Source: Rotaria socialis (lineage: Eukaryota). Taken from it: a stretch of 64,000 nt of DNA. This document shows positions 1 through 12,954 of the stretch, piece by piece. Numbering within the stretch: the stretch's first letter is position 1; the number at the start of each line of letters is the position of its first letter. The stretch lies in assembly GCA_905331295.1 (NCBI GenBank), contig CAJNYD010000055.1, forward strand, positions 1 to 64,000, given 5' to 3'. Position numbers and translations under genes: made by a program. The notes under the pieces were generated by a model that made no database searches, was not told the origin of the DNA, and was given only the letters and a program-made list of their open reading frames with translations.

Positions 1-375
1 ATCCTCAAGATTAAGATATACACCAATAATATTTGAATATTCAGTTAATACATCTTCGCATGGAGTTTTCTCCTTATTGAAAATAAAAACTGAATCAACT
101 TGACGGAAAGAAGATATTCGAGGTAAAATTTGTGAAGCTTTTGCCCCCGACGTCACTAAAAAGACCGTTTCTTTATTAATCAGTTCAACGCGTCTAATAC
201 ATTCTTCGAGGTCAGAACAGAGAATAACATAATCATTAACAAGTCGAAGTTGTCGTATGATTTTTTCCGTATCTTTACATAAACGAGTACTGGAATCAAT
301 CCAAATCAGTGTAATAACTTCTCTATTTTCTCTGTCGTTCATACTGACAGTTTGAATTTCTGTTTGGTATGCCAT
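1..375 (-). CDS. 5' part of a probable bdelloid-type ADP-ribosyltransferase/TPR-family protein (N-terminal receiver-like domain); runs off the window start
   Basis: Manual translation is open from ATG 375 (or 342) to position 1: MAYQTEIQTVSMNDRENREVITLIWIDSSTRLCKDTEKIIRQLRLVNDYVILCSDLEECIRRVELINKETVFLVTSGAKASQILPRISSFRQVDSVFIFN...YSNIIGVY. The LIWxD / VFLVTSG / QVDSVFIF pattern is what I recognise from the N-termini of expanded rotifer ART-TPR proteins. Not in the ORF track because there is no stop inside the window. Confidence 0.65.
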   Translation of the reverse strand, partial: MAYQTEIQTVSMNDRENREVITLIWIDSSTRLCKDTEKIIRQLRLVNDYVILCSDLEECIRRVELINKETVFLVTSGAKASQILPRISSFRQVDSVFIFNKEKTPCEDVLTEYSNIIGVYLNLED

Positions 376-835
376 ATAAACTCAATTGGAATTCTATTAT
401 ATGCTGATGCGAAAGTAGAAATGAATCGTCACTTTATACGTATCAACAGAAAAAAAACAAGGATTCATTTGTTTATCTCTGTATTCTTTGCTGTTTATGT
501 TGCTAGAGAATATCATCTTATCTGTCTTTTTTGAGTAAGGCAGCACTGCAAGGTAATGAATCACACTCTTCTGATGATGTTAAAAAATTGTTGCTGCATA
601 ATTCAATTCATTTTATGCAACATATTTTGAATCAAGTTTTCTGACAAATTGGATTTAGTCAGACTCATAATTTTCTTGAGCGTGTGGGTGATGGTCACGA
701 TAAAGGAAAGACATAAATCCACACTCACGCCCTATATAGTCTGATGATAAGATTTAAAGTATGACTTCAGCTCTTACGCTTCAATGTTGATTGTAAGTAA
801 GCGCCTAAATGAATACATTTTTTCCCTGTAAATAA

Positions 836-1330
836 ATGGTAATCAATTTTTTAACTTATCGTTTATTATCTATTCTTATTGGAATTCTCTATCCATTGTA
901 TCAAACATATAAATCAATAAAATACCAATATTGTGATCAATATCATGCTCTATTATGTTATTGGATGCTATTTAGTTTATTTCAAATATATGAATTGATT
1001 TTCGATCAATTTATTTCATTAATTTTACCATTTTATTATGAAATGAAATTATTTTTTATTTTCTGGTTAACCTATAAAAATGTTTCACAATTATTATTTC
1101 ATCATTTTATTTTAATCTACTTGAATAGATATGAAAATGATATTGATTATTTATTTAATAATACCATAAATCGTTTAACGGAATTATTTCTAAAATTTAT
1201 TCTATTCGTTATTAATCAGCAACGAACCATGACAAAAGTCGAGCAAGTTGAAAATCATGGTGATCACATTCGATTGAAGACAAATTTTGCGTCACAATCT
1301 CGACGATTAAATTCTACTCAACGAAAATAA
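836..1330 (+). CDS. REEP/DP1/HVA22 (TB2_DP1_HVA22) family ER-shaping membrane protein
   Basis: Intronless 164-aa ORF with IGILYPLYQTYKSIK, YWMLFSLF and LPFYYEMKLFFIFWL motifs of the REEP1-4 type. Confidence 0.88.
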   Translation: MVINFLTYRLLSILIGILYPLYQTYKSIKYQYCDQYHALLCYWMLFSLFQIYELIFDQFISLILPFYYEMKLFFIFWLTYKNVSQLLFHHFILIYLNRYENDIDYLFNNTINRLTELFLKFILFVINQQRTMTKVEQVENHGDHIRLKTNFASQSRRLNSTQRK

Positions 1331-1630
1331 AAAAAGCTTTTTTTATTCACTGCTGCTATCTTTATACACATCGCAAACTTTTGAATAGGCCTTCGAAAAT
1401 TAATATTACAAAAGAGTTTTTCAAAACGATTTGAAGATGATATTAGGTTCGTAATCAAAACAATGCGCCAGAAGCTTGAGAATATTATCGCGATTGGAAT
1501 TTTGTAAAAGATCCATCTACTGTCATCTCGTAGTTAACAACTATCAAATAGGATATTAGATAACATTCGACCTTTCCCGATTATAAATTTAGAAAATAAA
1601 TAAAAATAAAAACAATAAAATAACTATGGT

Positions 1631-3052
1631 TTAAACTTCATCTTCATCATCACTCCATTGATCTCGATTTAATATTTGTGCTAAAGATCTTGTTGTTTCT
1701 GGTCTTCGTTCTTGCGTTTTCATTGATAATTCATAATTCTCTTGTTGCTTTTTAATAGCAGCCCAAACAAGTATATCATCCGAACATGAATAAAGTTCGA
1801 TAGATAGACGATTATATATACAGGTACTAGCCGGTACTAAATGGCCACTTAAAGTTGTTAGACGTTCTCCAGATAGAATATCATAAGCACAAATCGATTT
1901 TCCACATGGTACATAGACAAGACTTTTCGTTCGATCATGTTTCATTTGTGTACATGCTAATGTTTTGATACGAACATTATCAGTTGGTATTCGACCATAA
2001 TTAACAAGTAAACGTTGGCCACTATTTACATCCCATAAATACATATGACTATCTGCACCGAGTGTTAATAAATGTGAATTATCTGGCAAAAATTCGAGAG
2101 ACTTAATCCCGCGAGTATGAGCTACTGACGACGTTGATGCAGTGGTTGCTCGAGATCTCATTTGTGGATGATCTGTTAATACATTATCAGGATCGAGTAC
2201 CATGTAATATGTACGAGAACTACGAATATCGGTAAATAGAACTCGTCCATCAGCTCTATTTGAAATAATATTCCCTTACAAAAATGCAAATGTAAATCAA
2301 TAGAAAATTTTCTTACCCTCCGCTAGCTAGTAGATTTGGATTATTATTAAACCATTTGACTAAACAGATTCCTTTTCCGCTATGCGAATGTATTATATGT
2401 GAATTCGAGCCAGTTCGAATATCAATTAAACGTAAATCTCCATTTTCATGTGCAACTGCAATAAGCGATGTATTTCTTGTCTGTGCCATATGAGCTGAAT
2501 ATGCGAAATTAGCAAATTCATATTCATCAGCCATCTGGAAAAAAACAGCACTGACTTATATGTTATTATTTTTTTTCTATTTACTTTCACTCGATTAGTA
2601 TCCCATATTTTAAGTTTTTTGTCTAAACCAAGGGTGATGAATAAACCATTGTCATTCGGATACCATATCAATGAACAAATTTTATGTGTATGATGATCCC
2701 GATTAGAATTTCGATCGATTTGAAATATGATTGGATGTGTTGCGACTAAACTTGAAGGAAACATATCATGACAACATATATGTCCACTAGCATCACCCGA
2801 TAATAGACTTAATAGATGAATTAAAATAATTAAAAATGGCATGATGCAATTTTCAACTTACTATCGACATTCTGACTGTTCTAAACACATGGTAGATATG
2901 GATGAATGATGAAAAGGTGTTAAACTTCGATATTTGCATAGAGTAAAATCAGCAATACGCCGTGTTTGCTCAATATGAACAAAAGAATTTTCAAGACCAT
3001 ATTCACGTGCACGTAATAGATTCATACGGTTTGGCACGCGATATTTATCCAT
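1631..3052 (-). CDS. ERCC8: DNA excision repair protein ERCC-8 (CSA), WD40 repeat; about 4 exons (~3052-2863, ~2808-2584, ~2534-2317, ~2256-1631)
   Basis: Motifs LLSGDASG, WYPNDNGLFITLGLDKKLKIWDTN, LLTLGADSHMYLWD, LLVNYG and the C-terminal DQWSDDED match CSA; short GT-AG introns join the ORF-track fragments. Confidence 0.9.
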
Positions 3053-3276
3053 CTATAGTTTTTAATAAAGATCACATGTGAGTAAATATTTCTTCGTATT
3101 TCGAAGTTTTACTCAAAACATTAACATGTCGAGCGATCGCTCTCCTATTGAACATTTTTATTGGTTGAAAATAGTCAATAGGAACGTTTTTTTGCTCGTT
3201 ATCAAGCAGTCTATAGGCGTCACTAAAAAGCAATGTCTTTGTTTCACTATCAACGCGTTTTCATTATTTCATTCGA

Positions 3277-4022
3277 ATGGCTCTGCATCTACTCGAAGCT
3301 ACTCTAACACAAGGTCCATCTTGTTCAGCTGATGATATAGCTGAACTTGAAGTTCACGTACGAAATGAAATCGAACGTTATGTACAATTAGAAATCGACC
3401 GAGAACTCCATGAACTTGTTCAATCGACAGTACATGATGCATTATTAACACCGACAATATGTTCAACCTATCTATCAAACGGAGAACTTAATCAGGAAAC
3501 ATCTAAAAAACGAATTAAAGTTGATAGTGACGCAGCGAAAGCTAGTGCAAAAACGAATATGGAACTTGATCAACAATTAACAGAATTAAAAAATAAATAT
3601 TTAACCGTAAATTTTTCAAGGCAATTTCAAAGGAAAATATTATTTTTTTGTTTTTCTAGAAAATTTCTGGACCCTTATCAACATTAGAAGCTTTAAAGCT
3701 TATTGTTGATAAACAAACAAATGAAAAAATTAAATTAGAAAATGAAATAGTTAAATTGAAACAACTATATAATGAATACAATCAATATGATGAGCATTCA
3801 ATGAAACTGTTAGAAAATATTAAAATTCTTAATCATACACAATTAGCTGTTTCAAAACATGAATCATTATTAGATCTAAATAATAAAACGGATACTACTC
3901 ATGATGAAAATATTGATATCGATCAATTCGAACAATTGTCAACTTTACTATTACATAAAATACTTAATCTACCTTTGATTGATATGAAAGCAAAGCATTT
4001 ACATAAACCAGAGCAAAAATAA
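3277..4022 (+). CDS. Uncharacterised coiled-coil protein, 2 exons (3277-3606, ~3660-4022)
   Basis: ORFs 3277-3687 and 3756-4022 join in frame over a ~53-bp GT-AG intron (...KNKYLT/KISGPLSTLEALKLIVDK...); heptad-rich; AATAAA follows the stop. Confidence 0.7.
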
Positions 4023-4240
4023 AATTTATTCATGTATTTTTTTCTTATTGTTAATAAATTTCAATAGATAATCTAGTTTCTTTTTTTAAATTTAGCCAAG
4101 GAGATTAATGATGAGACATTCTTTGTATAGTATCTATATTAAAACAGTTCTGGGCATTTATTTAATCACTGTTAAAAAAGAGAACAGGAGAAAAATAAAA
4201 GAGAAATAATATTTTTTTCTTCAACAATCTATCTCTACGA

Positions 4241-6771
4241 CTAGAGTATTATAAAGAATAAGATTATTAATAATAAAATTGACATCGACGATTTATGCGA
4301 TTGATTTTTTCCAATTATTCTTTCATTTACAATTGTATTTGATTGAATGTTACGTTTAGCTACAAAACAAAAGAATCATAATAATACATCCGATTATTAT
4401 TTTTATTTCCCGTGGAAAAAAATCTTACGTGATTCATTCTTATTATCAGTCGTAAACGTCGATGTTGGAGATGAATTCTTAATCGTAGGCAATGAAGGCC
4501 GGCGTTCTGTTACGTATTTCATGTGCTTGGTTGATTGAATTATTTCTAAAAAACATACAGAACAATCAAAGCTCATCGATAACAATCTCGATAAAAACCT
4601 TTAAGCATAAATTCAGCATGATTAAAACCTAATAAATTCTTTGCTCGACAGACATATGGTCCGAATAGAGATGGATCATTTAACTAAAATATAAAATGTC
4701 TTTTCGCTATTATTTTATTCTGCATGGAAACTTGCATAAATAGTTATTGTTAGTTGTTTACATGTTTCATTAAATGATTCATCGATTTTTTCTTTAATTC
4801 CGTGTATTAGTGGAGTTGATTGTTTCGGACGAAAAAAATCGAATATGGTCGTTGGTGGTGTAGCACAAACTTGGCATGTTACTGTTGCTGTATCATGTAA
4901 ATGATAATGAAACAATGGAAATGGAATTGTCACTATGGGTTTATCTGAATATTTGTTTTTAAACATACATAAAAAGTGCAAGAAAGAAAGAAAAAAAGTT
5001 CTAGCTTACGTTTAACATACAGGAGAAACTGTCGATTGACAGTACTTAATGTATTACTGGCTGAACAATCGACTCGACCAGAATCAAAACGGGACACATT
5101 ACGTAAGATAAGTATACTTTCATTTTTACCTTCGACTAAACAAAGAAGAAAAGAAAAGTGATGTATGACCGGATGTCTCCGATTTTCTATTTACCTATAG
5201 TCACTGTATCTGACTTTAATAAACCATTGACATGCCAAATAATACTAGGTGTTGGATGGCCAGTTGCTATACACGAGAATCGGGCATCTTGACCTTCGCG
5301 AACTGTCATACGCATGTGTTCTGGTGAATGAGAAACAATTCGAGGTGGGACTATAAAGAGAGATATTGAAATATAGGTTGTCTCATGTGTAGAGATAAAT
5401 CAATCGTGTTCATCAATGCACTAATATGATGAACGTGATTCTTGATGAATATTCACTGATTGATCATATCAATCATTTTCTTATGTTCATTATTATCGTC
5501 TAGAGAATAAGTTAATATTCTTTTCATTTAATGCTTCATTGAATAGTCATTTCTTACTAACGTGTATGTGTCGTACTTGAAAAACAATTAGTAGAAGGTG
5601 TGTGTACACTCAATGCACAGCTGGTTGTATATTATGACAGTAAGTAACTCTTGCTATCACCTTCATTTGACAAAGAATGAGAATATGAACACACACATAC
5701 TGATCGAACAGAAGAAGAAAAGAATACTGAGAAAGTTAAATGACGCGAATAATCAGTCGAGAGATAAATTGCCAGTAAACAAAACACAATGAAATGATTA
5801 GATATAAATATAATCGTTAATCAACGGAAATTACCGATCTTTTTCTTTTATATTTATCTTACGGAAATCGCACGTCTACAAAAGGTGTTAAGCGATTTCA
5901 TAATGTCAAATATATTTCTCACAGATTTATAAATGTCTGATGAGACCCCCTATTGAACATAAGAAGAAGAGGGCGGGACAATGCAAACAAACACACGCGT
6001 TCATATACACATAAGATCCGAATGTAAACTTATAAGGCGGATTGTTTTTGTCTCTTTTCATTTATGTATGTCTATGTGCATATCAACAACACTCGTGATG
6101 AGAGAAGGTCAGTCAAACATACACACACAATGCGCACACCTCAGACGTATGTTTGCTTTTGTCAAAATGAATCCATGTAAGGATCAAAACAATCATCTGA
6201 TCATATAAAAATACACATCATCGTCTTAACAATGACAACAACACTTACTGAGTACATCAAGAAAAATTTCATTCAATGTAATATCACCATGTATACAACG
6301 ATATAATCCATGATCTTGTTCTTCAATATTTGTTATACGTAAAATTCTATCTTGACGATCGATATTATTCATAGGTAGAATACTTAAGCGTGCATCGCGT
6401 ACGGTTATAATTGAATCAAGACTGACAATATCTGCTTGATCATCGCGAATCCAGACAATCTAAATATAAAACAAAGAAAATCGTTCTATATGTTCGCCAG
6501 CTGTTCATAACTTATGATGTCATTATTATCATATAGCCTTTAGGAAACTGTTTCTTTCTTTTTTTGTTGTTGTTTAAATAGCTCCTAATCATCTGTCCCT
6601 ATTGGCATTTACCTTTGCAGGATTTGTCGATTGTATATTTGGGCTTGTTACTGAGCAGGCTAATTCTGCAGTATTGGATAGAGCCGTTTGAATTGTTTCG
6701 AATTGATAAGTGAACTGGAATTGTTGTATTAGGAAGAGTAATGATGACAACAGACAACATTCGATAGGCAT
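4241..6771 (-). CDS. Lachesin/IgLON-like cell-surface protein: signal peptide, 3 Ig domains, Ser/Thr stalk, probable GPI signal; about 8 exons
   Basis: Exons translate as MPIECCLLSSLLFLI...AELACSV / IVWIRDD...LRITNIEEQDHGLYRC / PPRIV...VREGQDARFSCIATGHPTPSIIW / LILRNVSRFDSGRVDCSASN / KPIV...TVTCQVCATP / FGPYVCRAKNLLG, ending SSMSILLLIILFFIIL* (TAG at 4241-4243). Confidence 0.85.
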
Positions 6772-6939
6772 CGACGATTGAAATAGTTCTTTATATCTTT
6801 TGAATCCACATACAATAATTGAATGCTTGAAGAATACCAAACACAAAAAGAAAAAGTAATGGACAACGGAAATTATTCTCAGCACGGCGAGTCTACTTTC
6901 ATTTTTTTTGTATTCTGTCTTTCTCTATGTACGTATAAG

Positions 6940-6943
<4 letters not shown>

Positions 6944-6970
<27 letters not shown>
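6944..6970. repeat. (GA)n microsatellite
   Basis: Run of agagagag... upstream of the Ig gene. Confidence 0.9.
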
Positions 6971-6977
<7 letters not shown>

Positions 6978-9284
6978 AGAGAAGGAGAAGAAATCAAGTT
7001 GATTTGTTTCAAGTGGAGAAGATAACTTTTGCTTTTCTATTTCTCTTCCTCTCTCTCTCCATCAAAAGAAAAAGACGACGAACAGAGGAGAAGAGGAACA
7101 AAGAGAAACATTTTTTCTTCTTCTACCGAGTGGCAGATTCATACACCATCGGTTCTTCACATATTCACCTTTTTGTCATTTATCACATGATTTAAACTAG
7201 TTTTATATTCATTTTTTTTCTCAAAAGGTCGTTAGTTGCATATGAATATCAATAATGCTCATAAAGATAGACGTTATATTGTACGTTAGATGACTTCATT
7301 AAAAAATGCTTTCTCTTTTTCAATTGAGTGATTAATGAGCCTTGTTTATTTCTTTCGTGTTCCACGATAAGTATATCTGGGAAGGATAAACACACAATGT
7401 GTATATGTTTGAAAGAAAAAAAAAATGCCTTTACGGATAGTTTAACATGATTGTTTAGTTTAACTTGACTGAGATCAGCATTCTAGAAGTAATTGATTTT
7501 CAAAGTTTCTTTTCTCTCTTTCTCTCGATGTACAAATACAATTCCAGTTCGTCATATATATAGTGTGATGACGGCGACAGCGACGGAAACTTAATGCAAA
7601 TAGTGAAGACGAGCTAATGAGAACATACACAGACGGACCAAAGCATATTACCACTCAAATGGACTTAACGAGAAAGAAAGAGTGATTAACAAACAACAAA
7701 AAAAGTCGAAGAAAGAATGGGCGTGGACAATATGAGAAACGAGTTTTGTTTCTTTAAGTATACTAACCATCTGGACAAACGTTCAGTCATATTTTATAGA
7801 TACAGAACAACCGCTAACTATTGAATATCGATATCAACATTTGATGCCAATGGTTACATCATCAAATATATAGAATATCATCAAGTAGTATGTGCACACA
7901 AGGTAGTTTGTCGTAATGAAGTTCAGAGAGTCAATTGTGTATATTTATAAATGCAGTATGTCGTTGATTTGATCGATGATCTCTCTGGTGATAACTATTA
8001 TTATTAAAGGAAAGTCTTTTATTCTATATGGACCGTTGAAATAAGATTGACATTGACGCAATTCGATAAATGAGCACTTATTATAATGATACAAAAAAAC
8101 AACGATTCTTTCGTTTTTGTAACCTTGAAAAAAAGGACAACGGACTATTTTTTTTCTTTGTAAATAACATCTGCCTTTGTGCACATGCATACGTTTGGCT
8201 TCAGATAATGTTTCCTTGATGAGTTAAGACTGAAGTTGTTTTTTTTCAATCAAATTTAGGTATGTCTCTGTGCCATACGAGCGAGACAGTATCGTTACGA
8301 TAGATGGAACCTTTTATTTTTATGCAATTGTTTTATCATAATGATTCACGCTTGATTAGACATACGTAGTGTGATAATTTAATTTGTCACTTTCTTTTGT
8401 TCCGCGAACAAATATTTCATCCATTGTGCCTCGATAAATTCATGTACGTTATTTATCGATAGTATTGATTCTTTCGATTTTAATGTGACACATGATAAAT
8501 GCTCATTCAAGTAAAAACAAAACAAAAAGACGAGGAGCATTGTATGAAAGCGAGATGATGATACCTTGAAAATGTCTATTGTAAACAAGACAATGATGCC
8601 CATTGTCTTGGTTGATTTCCTTCTCGAGGTGGCGGCAATGAAACGCGGAAACAAAAATTTCCTTTTTTTCTGTATTTGCCAGGCGGAGAATCTTCGAAGA
8701 TGGAATGCCAGCTAGCGGAAATAGAGTATAGAGAATAAATGATCGAAGACGCAGCGGCAATCATTAAAAATATCAGTGCGGTAGTTTGCTTCACTAATAT
8801 GAATAAATGAATTGACTTCCTCTTAAAATTTTCTTTTTTTTGCCTTTAATTCAATTAAGAACAAGTTTATCTGAAAGCATCAGCCTGTGATTACATTGCA
8901 TTGGATACAAGAATTTATTGGTATTAAATTCTATAGATTATTGTCGTTATTATTATTCTCATGTTACATTCTATCATGACTTCGATAAAAAAATATGCAT
9001 CTGAAGGACTCAACGAGATTGCGTGATGATCAAAATAGAAATAGATATGTGTTGTTCTACACAGATTTCAAAAAGTGCTGCAAATTTTTGTTAGGAGTTT
9101 TTCTGTGAAAATTCCAGTCGGTGAACTGTATTGACATAGAACTTGCATTGGGTTTCTTTTTAATCTTTAAGCTAATTCTTTAGAAAAATGATACTATCTG
9201 AAAAACTAACTCTGAATAAAATAAGAGGATAAACATTTATTTGATGTCTTTTAAGATACCGTGTGACAATCAAAAATTGTTTTG

Positions 9285-9641
9285 TTTTTTCTAGCGCGTT
9301 TAAATGATTATTGCCTTCATCTACAATTTGATTGAGCTGAAGGCCGCGTTCGATGAGTATCTATGAAAAATAAGAATGATTAACATGAGACAGTTGAAGA
9401 TTTTGTTTCTTTTACCGTCTTCATTAGTAATGCTTTATAAAGATATTGTACCCCTTTATTTCCAATCTGGTTTCGTTTGAGATTGAGACTGATCAGTGTC
9501 TGCATCAAAAGTAAGAACAACCACCATCACAGTATGGGCGAGAAGATTTTTTCTTACTTTATTCTCTTGTAATACAACACTGAGCTATTTTGTACCTTCA
9601 TCTGTAATTTTGTTGTAACTAAGATCAAAACTAGTGAACGT
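9285..9641 (-). pseudogene. Decayed RNI/NLRC3-like leucine-rich-repeat gene with 84-nt exon modules
   Basis: 9558-9641 encodes TFTSFDLSYNKITDEGTK*LSVVLQENK (in-frame TAG; acceptor reads TAA instead of TAG). 9416-9499 encodes TLISLNLKRNQIGNKGVQYLYKALLMKT. ~9285-9360 encodes ILIERGLQLNQIVDEGNNHL. These are 28-aa, one-repeat-per-exon LRR modules. Confidence 0.8.
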
Positions 9642-9988
9642 TTAGGTTCAATGCTTTGCATGAGCTTACAGTTCTTCGTTTAGTCACACCAGCAGATAGG
9701 CAGCAAATCAGAGTAACTGGCAAATTTTGTTTAGAACAGTACGACTAGCGTTATCCCCTGTCGACAGACGATGTTACACATATGTCATCGAGACTTTCAA
9801 CTCGAACTACGAGTTTTATTTTTCAATAACTAAAAGTGAAAATATAGATTAGTCCAACGGATTTTTTAGAAGTAATTAGGAAAGCAATACAATAATGTTG
9901 TTTGCTCTTTCATAAAAAGAAAGTCGTTCAAATAAAAGTATTATTAAAAGATTAGAAATGTTTGAGTTGATTGAAAAAATAGTTAAAA

Positions 9989-10107
9989 AGCTTACGACAC
10001 TCGGTATTCCCAGGCGGTCACCCATCCAAGTACTAACCGAGCCCGACGTTGCTTAACTTCAGTGATCGGACGAGAACTGGTGTATTCAACGTGGTATGGC
10101 CGTAAGC
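9989..10107 (-). rRNA. 5S rRNA gene, single copy in the window
   Basis: Reverse complement GCTTACGGCCATACCACGTTGAATACACCAGTTCTCGTCCGATCACTGAAGTTAAGCAAC...GGTTAGTACTTGGATGGGTGACCGCCTGGGAATACCGAGTGTCGTAAGCT is 119 nt with paired ends, internal A and C boxes, and a T-run Pol III terminator. Confidence 0.97.
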
Positions 10108-11371
10108 AGACAACTGTGCTTTCGCCCTTGATATCATGATGTTCCAGAAATAAATCCGTCGTTCAATGTTTTTAGCAAACAATTTTCCAGCAATGTTGCA
10201 AACAGAGACAAGTGAATGTTAATATTAGTAATTTGTTTTGAACAATTTATTTTGGCGATAGATAAGAAAAACGGTGCTTTTGATTTATTTTAGAGCATGT
10301 GCTGAACAAATTCATATAAAACTAATGTAATTAAGTAGAACCTTGTGCTTTGTGACAATGTTTCGTTGATATATTTTTATAACATCTAAATTTCTATCTA
10401 ATGCAAATGCCTATAAGAGAGTTTGGCGCGTATCGAAAACAGATACTTTAACTAATCGATTTTCTCAACAAGAAATACGCGCCACATCAATTTAAAAAAA
10501 ACTCATCTTAAACCGATGTCATACATATTTAACACTGTCTAGTATATTTACAAAGTCGCAGCAGAGAAAAACTCCCTACAATAAGCTATTTATCGGTGCA
10601 TCACAATCAGCGTTATTAGTTACCAAATGAGTTCCGGAAAATCATTTCTATTGAATTTTCTCATATATTATTGTGTAGTTTGTCACAAATTTTGTACGCC
10701 TTCATACATTGTGTCGAAACCACTCGCTTGTCAATATATATAATACATTTAAACGATGAGCATACAAAAATTTCCATAAAAAAAAGGGAAAATTTTCTTT
10801 TCGTATTGGATTTTGGCCAAAGCAACTAACTTTGGCAGTGCGTTTTACATACGTTGAAAGTGATAATTGATCTTTGCGTATAAGTTTAAAAACCCAAATT
10901 GCTGAATTTCACATCGACTTGTCAGAAATATTAAGAATTCGATTTCTATGATGTTCTGTTTGAAAATCGGAAATGCTGATATTTCTGCAAGAGCTTTTGT
11001 ATTACACTTACACCCTCGGTCGATCAACACTGGTAGACCCATGGTGCAATGTATGTATCAATAGTCATAGATATAAGAAGCATAATTTTCGTGTAAGTGA
11101 ATTCGTGCCTCTAGTCTTAGTTTTTTCTAATATATTGTTAACAAATTTCTGTTTTCCATTACTATTACTTATCTTTGATCAAATCAAAATTTTCTCCTTT
11201 CTCTCCTAATCACCTCCGCTTGTTTTGTATTTATACGAGTCTTCTACGTCGAAGTAGAATAGAATCTCACCAGAAGTCACTTGTCATAGCTGTACTCTTG
11301 TTCAAAAAAATTCTAGGCGCGTTCTGAGAAAGATATGATCTACAATATGTTATAAGTGTCATTTTCGATTG

Positions 11372-11994
11372 ATGTTTCAAAAGCAAAGTTCGACTATTAA
11401 ATCCAGTGAAAATGTTCAAACACATTCCATAACAAAACTTCATAGGAGGAAAAAACAAAAATCACATCATCGCTCGCGGAAAAACGTCAATTCAACGAAA
11501 TTAAAATCGAAATATCGAAAGAAAAATCATAGGAGTCCTATTAAAAATAATTTCGAGCAATTATCACTTAACACAAATAGCTTCAATGAAAATCGAACTA
11601 ACAATAATGAAATATCTTTTGATACAAATCGTATGGTTCAAGATCATTTATATATTTCAATAATGGGTCTTCTTTGTTTTTTTCCAACGGGTATCTTTGG
11701 TTTGATACGCGCGATGCAGGCCAGTGAAATGAAACGATCATCATCGCTTCTTGATTGGCCTAAACTAGCAGCTATCTATGGAAGACATGCACTACGTTGG
11801 GCAATTCTTTCAATACTTATTGGTACTATGCTATGGACTATTTTTATTATTTATCATCTTTTACGAGAACAACATCCTCTATGGTAAGATATTTCATTTC
11901 ATATCTTGATACTCAAAAGAAAAGTCTCCAACATTTTGATTTTAGGGATGCCTATTATCAAGAATGTGGTGAACAATTTTTATGCTCCATATGA
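11372..11994 (+). CDS. CD225/dispanin (IFITM/PRRT-like) membrane protein, 2 exons (11372-11883, 11946-11994)
   Basis: DHLYISIMGLLCFFPTGIFGLIRAMQA...AAIYGRHALRWAILSILIG is a CD225 domain after a basic, disordered N-terminus; the spliced end reads WDAYYQECGEQFLCSI*. Confidence 0.85.
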
Positions 11995-12157
11995 GAAAGT
12001 CTCAAACAAAATTCAGATTATTAAGATATTCGTTTAGTAGAAAAAAAGTGTGTCATTCATGTGATAGCAATCTTTTGAATAAGAAAAATCTATTCAATGC
12101 ATCTTTTTAATATAAGAATAAAAATAAACATGATGAATAGTCTCTCCATATTTGGAA

Positions 12158-12453
12158 TTATGCGTCACTTGGAGTTGTTGTTGCAGTTGGACATTTGCAA
12201 CCATCAGTTTTGCATTCTTCTTTATCACAGCTTGGTTCTAAAAGTTATTCAATTTTAAAGATTGATAACTTTAATCAAAAAAATCGTACTCGGCTTATTA
12301 CATAAGTCGCAGTTCTCGTCACATGTGCATTCGCCTGTTTTGATGCATTCTTCTTTGCATGTGCATTTTCCAGCTAGAGAAGAGGAATCATGCTTAGGTA
12401 ACAAAAGAAAGAATTCTATCATGGAATTACATACCTTCACAAGGGCACGGCAT
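12158..12453 (-). CDS. Metallothionein-like Cys-rich 60-aa protein, 3 exons (12453-12435, 12373-12290, 12237-12158)
   Basis: Spliced product MPCPCEAGKCTCKEECIKTGECTCDENCDLCNKPKPSCDKEECKTDGCKCPTATTTPSDA*: 13 Cys with CxC/CxxC motifs, no aromatic residues. Both introns are GT-AG and keep frame; TATA-like run ~80 bp upstream; AATAAA-like signal not verified. Confidence 0.82.
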
Positions 12454-12954
12454 TGTATTTTATATTAAAGAAAAGTTGTGTTCGTTTGAAAAAAAACTAG
12501 GTGTGATAGATCTTAAGAATCGTTACGGCATATATATATATACGTGCAGGACTCAGGAAAATCGTTCATCAACAGAAGAAAGAGGGGTGTGAGTACATGG
12601 GGGTGCCTGTTTGTTCTCATGACAAACAGAGGTGCGCCAATGTTTTTGTCACCTGCATTACTGATATCATAGTATGATGATCTTTTTCGTCTTCGTAAAA
12701 AAGATATTCGTTTATCTCTAATTATCTATTTAAGGAAAAGAATATTACGTCGTTTCAAGTTTATTTTATCAAATAATTTGCTTTTCTTTAATAAACACAA
12801 AACAAGAATAGAATGAAAATGTTCCCGATGATCATCAATGGTAACTAGAATATAACCAACTAATATAACAAGCGAAAAGAAGAAAAAAGACAGAATAAGT
12901 AACAATTACAAAGTAAAACAACCCATGTTAAAAGTTATACATTGCTAATCTAAT

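Noticed and set aside
7800..8794. Minus-strand ORFs, one with a signal-anchor-like start (MKQTTALIFLMIAAASSII)
   Set aside because: GTG start, no consistent exon chain and no family motif; at most a decayed gene.
10400..11050. Exon-like minus-strand segments (e.g. MRKFNRNDFPELIW/EFFSAATL)
   Set aside because: Multiple stops and no recognisable domain; cannot be tied to the LRR pseudogene.
12540..12660. Metal-response elements upstream of the MT-like gene
   Set aside because: Only near matches (TGCACGT, TGCGCCA) to TGCRCNC were seen.
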